From the IMG/VR virus record IMGVR_UViG_3300032030_000028, positions 46,372 through 110,371 of that record: a stretch of 64,000 bases of DNA, one strand, 5' to 3'. Below, piece after piece: positions 59,102-64,000 of this stretch. The DNA comes from a virus. Taxonomy: Duplodnaviria > Caudoviricetes. Each line of letters begins with the position of its first letter. Positions within the stretch are counted from its first letter, which is position 1. The notes under the pieces were generated by a model. It saw only the letters and a list, made by a program, of their open reading frames with translations. It did not search any database and was not told where the DNA came from. The translations under genes were made by a program, and so were the position numbers.

Positions 59102-59797
59102 TTATTCTATTGGTCTATTAAAAATATCCTCCACTTCATGTAAATTATTGACTAAAGTTTTAAGATTCAATTCATCATACGACAATATCAGTATAGCCCC
59201 CATAAGCTTTCCTTGATAATATAAATTATAAGTATACACCCAAGATATATTCTGATTCTGAGAAGCCATTCTATATAACTTCGGATCCACACTCTCAAAT
59301 TCTTTAAAAGAACAATACATGAACTGCTGTTTTGTAAAATCGGGATTGTCAAATATATCGTATTTAAATATATGTTCGTCTTTAAGAGGATTAATATCTA
59401 TATACGGTACCCCGTCTTGATATATATCCATGGTTACATCAAACTTATAGAATGGGAATGCTGAGGCTACATTTTCAGAACCGTTATGATATTCAATCAA
59501 ATATATATATTGACATCCCGTTTCTCGAAGTATTGATCTAAGTTTTTGTTTTACCATTGTATATGTCTCTTGGCTCTCAATTAACTTATTTTCATGATCC
59601 ATTTCCTCTTGAGTTATGGTCTGTTCTATTGATTCCGGTACAACCTGGCGAATTTTATTATCTACGACATATACTGTGGTTAAAATCGCGGCAGTTACAA
59701 ATAAAATAATGATAACCGCCTTTTTACCATACTCTTTTACAATCTCTAAAGCCCATGTGCCGTATTCTTTAAGCCACCCTAATATAGTTGTCCACAT
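59102..59797 (-). CDS. Putative holin (T4 gpT-like: TM plus GAF-like domain)
   Basis: Single TM, then YIYLIEYHNG ... GKLMGAILI GAF-like pattern. Confidence 0.45.
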   Translation of the reverse strand: MWTTILGWLKEYGTWALEIVKEYGKKAVIIILFVTAAILTTVYVVDNKIRQVVPESIEQTITQEEMDHENKLIESQETYTMVKQKLRSILRETGCQYIYLIEYHNGSENVASAFPFYKFDVTMDIYQDGVPYIDINPLKDEHIFKYDIFDNPDFTKQQFMYCSFKEFESVDPKLYRMASQNQNISWVYTYNLYYQGKLMGAILILSYDELNLKTLVNNLHEVEDIFNRPIE

Positions 59798-59857
59798 TCC
59801 TTTTTTCGATGTTCATTTATTTTATAAATAATATGTGCAATTCACATATTCTATGTT

Positions 59858-61213
59858 CTATATTGGATAAACTCGTTGCCCGGTATTTCTGCCGTTGACA
59901 AACCAGAATTCCACCGGACCTTCATCCGGCATAATCACGGTTCTTATATAAGGTACATTGGTTCTGTAATTTTTAAATATAGCCAAATGATCTTTCATGA
60001 GTTGATAATTTTCGGATTGCAATCTCATATCCGTTCGGATATCGGCGATAGCATCAGCAATCCTACCCATTGCCCCGGCTATGGTTTCATAATCATCCCC
60101 ACCATCTATGGTTATAGCGTACGATGTAGCATTAGGGGTGGATACCACCCGAGTCATCAATCTCACAGACCACCCGGTACCTTGCCCAAAAATATCTTCA
60201 TTGGAAACATATTTTGTTACCTGATTTTTAAAAGGCACCACCCCTGGAGTATCTTGGTTTTCAGTATCAAAATATTCCATATTGATAGGTCCTGTAAAAT
60301 ATATACCAACCGGTCGATTATAGTGCAAACATACCGGACCATCTTCCAAATCCAAATCATTATATACATCATAAAAAACAATTATACAATTAAATGTAAA
60401 TTCTTTGTTTTTCCCTATAACTTCTTCATCTAAGATATGGGGCGTTCTCATAACCGGATATTTTCTCTTCCCTAATTTATAACTACCACCCTCATCGGAT
60501 CTAGGTTTTTCATCAATTCCACCGTTATTAATAGGATAAGCTGCTTTTGTCCACCCAATTATCACTTGACTATAATCATAATCACCTTCATGACTCAAAT
60601 CGAATTCACTTACCGGACCATCTTTGCCTTTAATCAGACTATCAGTTAATTCGTAAGCCATTTTATCATCGGATGGAGATATATAACAATATATATCATC
60701 ATAATTCATGCCATCCGCCTGACGATTTGAATGAATATTAATATCTCCCACAAATTTAAGTTCCTCAAAGGTCTCAAAAGACCCGTTCGATGTGGTTATT
60801 TGAGATCTATTGATTAGCCCCCAATCTTCTAAGGATTTCCACAATAGTTGAGTAGCATATCCATCTTTGAGATTTTCTCCATCATCTTCATCCCAATACA
60901 TTTCTTTATTTTCTACATCATACCCTAAAACTTCTTTAGCTAAACATACGGAATTTTCATAATATGATTGAAGATATTGGGAAATATATCTGTTTAAATT
61001 TTGGACGGAATATGGATCTTCTTCAGATGATTCGTGATGCTCCATATAATCCGCAAATTCGTCAAGATTCAACTCCAGTGCGGCAAATCTAGATGGTATA
61101 ACCCGATACGAGCCTCCGGCGGCTTCCGCTTTGGTCAGATCGTCGGCATATTGGGAAAATAAGAAAAATTCTCCGGTATCGTTAGATAGTGGTTTAAAAA
61201 TATTACATCTCAT
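59858..61213 (-). CDS. Putative virion/baseplate protein
   Basis: 451-aa ORF divergent from the fibre gene; assignment from context only. Confidence 0.4.
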   Translation of the reverse strand: MRCNIFKPLSNDTGEFFLFSQYADDLTKAEAAGGSYRVIPSRFAALELNLDEFADYMEHHESSEEDPYSVQNLNRYISQYLQSYYENSVCLAKEVLGYDVENKEMYWDEDDGENLKDGYATQLLWKSLEDWGLINRSQITTSNGSFETFEELKFVGDINIHSNRQADGMNYDDIYCYISPSDDKMAYELTDSLIKGKDGPVSEFDLSHEGDYDYSQVIIGWTKAAYPINNGGIDEKPRSDEGGSYKLGKRKYPVMRTPHILDEEVIGKNKEFTFNCIIVFYDVYNDLDLEDGPVCLHYNRPVGIYFTGPINMEYFDTENQDTPGVVPFKNQVTKYVSNEDIFGQGTGWSVRLMTRVVSTPNATSYAITIDGGDDYETIAGAMGRIADAIADIRTDMRLQSENYQLMKDHLAIFKNYRTNVPYIRTVIMPDEGPVEFWFVNGRNTGQRVYPI

Positions 61214-61318
61214 AATAACATATACAATTATATTTCAAATAATACTCTTCATACGAGCTATAAATTTCCATGATATTGATTTCGTCTACTATTATTTCAT
61301 TAGTATAAAATATTTATA

Positions 61319-64000
61319 ATGTATAAAACAGATCAATACATATCTAAGGTACTTCGTGTCCCGACTCCGTTTGACAGATATGACGATGCTATAGCATGGT
61401 TAGATAAATTTACTAAACATGAAATAGGGCAGATAGTGGAGGTTATGTATGATGATCAAACAGATAACATAGATTCTGTACATGCTATTGTAGCCATAGG
61501 CACTAAAAACTGGTATGAAGCCGCTGGGGGTTCTATCAACGGAATAGATACTTCTGATCAAAATATTGCTAATTCCGAATCTGATATCTGTGGTCCTCAA
61601 TACTATGACATTATTGGAGGAGCTCAAATAGGTCCTCCCGGTGCACAAGGTATACAGGGTTTACGTGGTCTCAAGGGAGACAAGGGAGACAAGGGAGACA
61701 AGGGAGACAAGGGAGATAAAGGAGCGGACGGTCCCGCAGGTCCTCTAGGTCCTACCGGTCCTAAGGGAGACAGAGGGGATAAAGGAGATAAAGGAGATAA
61801 AGGAGATAAAGGAGATAAAGGTAATGATGGTCCTAAGGGTGATAAAGGAGATAAAGGAGATAAAGGAGATAAAGGAGATAAAGGCAATGATGGACCTAAG
61901 GGTGATAAAGGAGACAAAGGAGATGTTGGTGATCAAGGTGTGCAGGGTCCGCAGGGTCCGCAGGGTCCGCAGGGTGCTGATGGAAATGTGTTTTTAATAC
62001 AAGGCATCCAAGGATTAAGAGGAACCTCCGGATATCCGGGTATGGTCTTAATAGGGGTTGTGGGTAATGACGGATATGTTGGCATACAGGGCACTCAAGG
62101 AACAGCCGGTATTATCGGCATAACAGGTACTCAAGGAACAGCTGGAACTCAAGGATTGCAAGGTGCACAAGGGGGCATAGGTACACAGGGGGGCATAGGT
62201 ACACAAGGGACTATGGGTATAACAGGTGTTCAAGGACTCATTGGTATACAAGGCACTATGGGATCCCAAGGCGATGAAGGATATGCGGGGTTGCAGGGAA
62301 TTCCTGGCCTGCAGGGTGCCCGCGGACCATATTCGGAAAGAGGTTTGCAAGGGACTACCGGGGATACCGGTTATAAGGGAACCAGAGGTGTATCCGGAGC
62401 GGCGGGAGCTCAAGGTGAGGCAGGTATCCGGGGTACGCAAGGAATACAAGGGCCTCCCGGGTTAATAGGGCATTATGGTACGCAAGGAACCCAGGGTTCG
62501 GCTGGTGGGGAAGGATTGCCGGGAGTTCCCGGGGTTCAGGGATCTCAAGGACCGGCTGGAGAAGGTGGATATCGAGGAACACAAGGAATTGGGGGAGATG
62601 GAGAAACCGGATATCAAGGTTATCGAGGTACACAAGGAGAGCCGGGTTCTCAAGGATCGCTGGGGGACCGCGGCACACAGGGATTATATGGTCAGACAGG
62701 AGAAGACGGGTTTTCCGGAACATTAGGTGTGCGGGGATCCCAAGGATCACAAGGTATCCAAGGAGATAGAGGTTTGCAAGGTACACAAGGCACTACCGGA
62801 TCTACCGGCTATCAAGGTACCAAAGGCACGCAAGGTGGAGATGGAAATAGAGGCGTGCAAGGCGATAGAGGATCGCAAGGAGTACGAGGCACTACCGGAT
62901 CTACCGGTTATTCGGGCACTAAAGGTACACAAGGTGGAGATGGAAATAGAGGTACACAAGGCGATAGAGGATCGCAAGGAGTACAAGGCACTACCGGATC
63001 TACAGGCTATCAAGGTACTAAAGGTACGCAAGGTGGAGATGGAAATAGAGGAGTGCAAGGCGATAGAGGATTGCAAGGTGAGCAAGGCACTACCGGATCT
63101 ACAGGCTATCAAGGCACCAAAGGTACGCAAGGTAGAGACGGAGTTAAAGGTGTACAAGGCGATAGAGGATTGCAAGGTGAGCGAGGCACTACCGGATCTA
63201 CAGGCTATCAAGGCACCAAAGGTACGCAAGGTAGAGACGGAGTTAAAGGTGTACAAGGCGATAGAGGATCGCAAGGTGAGCAAGGCACTACCGGATCCAC
63301 AGGCTATCAAGGCACTAAAGGTACGCAAGGTGGAGATGGAAATAGAGGCGTGCAAGGAGATATAGGAGCTCAAGGTACACAAGGCACTACCGGATCTACC
63401 GGTTATTCGGGCACTAAAGGTACACAAGGTGGAGATGGAAATAGAGGTACACAAGGTGATAGAGGAGCTCAAGGCGTGCAAGGCACTACCGGATCTACCG
63501 GTTATCAAGGTACTAAAGGCACGCAAGGTGGAGATGGAAATAGAGGCGTGCAAGGAGATAGAGGATCGCAAGGTGTACAAAGCACTACCGGATCCACAGG
63601 CTATCAAGGCACTAAAGGTACGCAAGGCGGAGATGGAGTTAAAGGTGTACAAGGAGATAGAGGATCGCAAGGAGTACAAGGCGCTACCGGATCCACAGGC
63701 TATCAAGGCACTAAAGGTACGCAAGGTGGAGATGGAAATAGAGGCGTGCAAGGCGATAGAGGATTGCAAGGTGAGCAAGGCACTACCGGATCTACAGGCT
63801 ATCAAGGTACTAAAGGTACGCAAGGTGGAGATGGAAATAGAGGCGTGCAAGGCGATAGAGGATTGCAAGGTGAGCAAGGCACTACTGGATCTACCGGCTA
63901 TCCAGGCACTAAAGGTACGCAAGGTGGAGATGGAGTTAAAGGTGTACAAGGAGATAGAGGATCGCAAGGAGTACAAGGCACTACTGGATCTACCGGCTAT
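61319..64000 (+). CDS. Collagen-like fibre protein, truncated by the window edge (more than 894 aa)
   Basis: ATG 61319 (MYKTDQYISK). G-X-Y from 61631 (GPPGAQG, GDK runs, GTQ repeats). Frame checked at several points up to 64000. Confidence 0.9.
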   Translation, partial: MYKTDQYISKVLRVPTPFDRYDDAIAWLDKFTKHEIGQIVEVMYDDQTDNIDSVHAIVAIGTKNWYEAAGGSINGIDTSDQNIANSESDICGPQYYDIIGGAQIGPPGAQGIQGLRGLKGDKGDKGDKGDKGDKGADGPAGPLGPTGPKGDRGDKGDKGDKGDKGDKGNDGPKGDKGDKGDKGDKGDKGNDGPKGDKGDKGDVGDQGVQGPQGPQGPQGADGNVFLIQGIQGLRGTSGYPGMVLIGVVGNDGYVGIQGTQGTAGIIGITGTQGTAGTQGLQGAQGGIGTQGGIGTQGTMGITGVQGLIGIQGTMGSQGDEGYAGLQGIPGLQGARGPYSERGLQGTTGDTGYKGTRGVSGAAGAQGEAGIRGTQGIQGPPGLIGHYGTQGTQGSAGGEGLPGVPGVQGSQGPAGEGGYRGTQGIGGDGETGYQGYRGTQGEPGSQGSLGDRGTQGLYGQTGEDGFSGTLGVRGSQGSQGIQGDRGLQGTQGTTGSTGYQGTKGTQGGDGNRGVQGDRGSQGVRGTTGSTGYSGTKGTQGGDGNRGTQGDRGSQGVQGTTGSTGYQGTKGTQGGDGNRGVQGDRGLQGEQGTTGSTGYQGTKGTQGRDGVKGVQGDRGLQGERGTTGSTGYQGTKGTQGRDGVKGVQGDRGSQGEQGTTGSTGYQGTKGTQGGDGNRGVQGDIGAQGTQGTTGSTGYSGTKGTQGGDGNRGTQGDRGAQGVQGTTGSTGYQGTKGTQGGDGNRGVQGDRGSQGVQSTTGSTGYQGTKGTQGGDGVKGVQGDRGSQGVQGATGSTGYQGTKGTQGGDGNRGVQGDRGLQGEQGTTGSTGYQGTKGTQGGDGNRGVQGDRGLQGEQGTTGSTGYPGTKGTQGGDGVKGVQGDRGSQGVQGTTGSTGY
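62787..64000 (+). repeat. 99-bp (33-aa) coding tandem repeat, about 12 copies in the window
   Basis: Unit QGTTGSTGYQGTKGTQGGDGNRGVQGDRG[LS]QG[EV]. Confidence 0.9.

Noticed and set aside
61624-63976. Long alternative-frame and antisense ORFs (62727, 62747, 61624 and others)
   Set aside because: Shadows of the collagen repeat codons.
1-64000. Stop-codon reassignment as in Lak or some crAss-like phages
   Set aside because: Long genes are intact under code 11, and TAG/TGA end genes at sensible positions (for example TAG-TAA after 14164 and after terL).
1-64000. tRNA or rRNA genes, introns or inteins in terminase and portal
   Set aside because: Intergenic gaps are short with no cloverleaf seen by eye, and terminase and portal are uninterrupted and of ordinary length.

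Overview
AT-rich segment of a large T4-like (myovirus/jumbo) bacteriophage genome, standard genetic code, mostly late/virion genes. Recognisable genes: terminase large subunit, portal, gp13-like neck, gp15-like tail terminator, gp5-like OB-fold spike, gp26-like hub protein, a collagen-like fibre running off the right edge, a GH108 endolysin, RuvC, a sigma-70 factor and scattered glycan-modifying enzymes. AT-rich leaders without Shine-Dalgarno sites and a spanin-like protein suggest a Bacteroidota host (inference). The main signal is a family of 17 small genes in tandem arrays that all begin MK-x-[IL]-x-E-S-I-I-G-[RK]. The leader resembles the T4 capsid-targeting peptide plus prohead-protease site, and 14 of 17 copies share the exact 14-mer GAATCTATAATAGG. 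About 10 more proteins, including the sigma factor, a second GNAT and three large paralogues, carry related leaders. A portal-neck tandem duplication appears to record a second cargo gene being added from a related genome. Hypothesis: an exchangeable cassette system of capsid-packaged, injected effectors. All family assignments come from motif recognition by eye; no searches were run.
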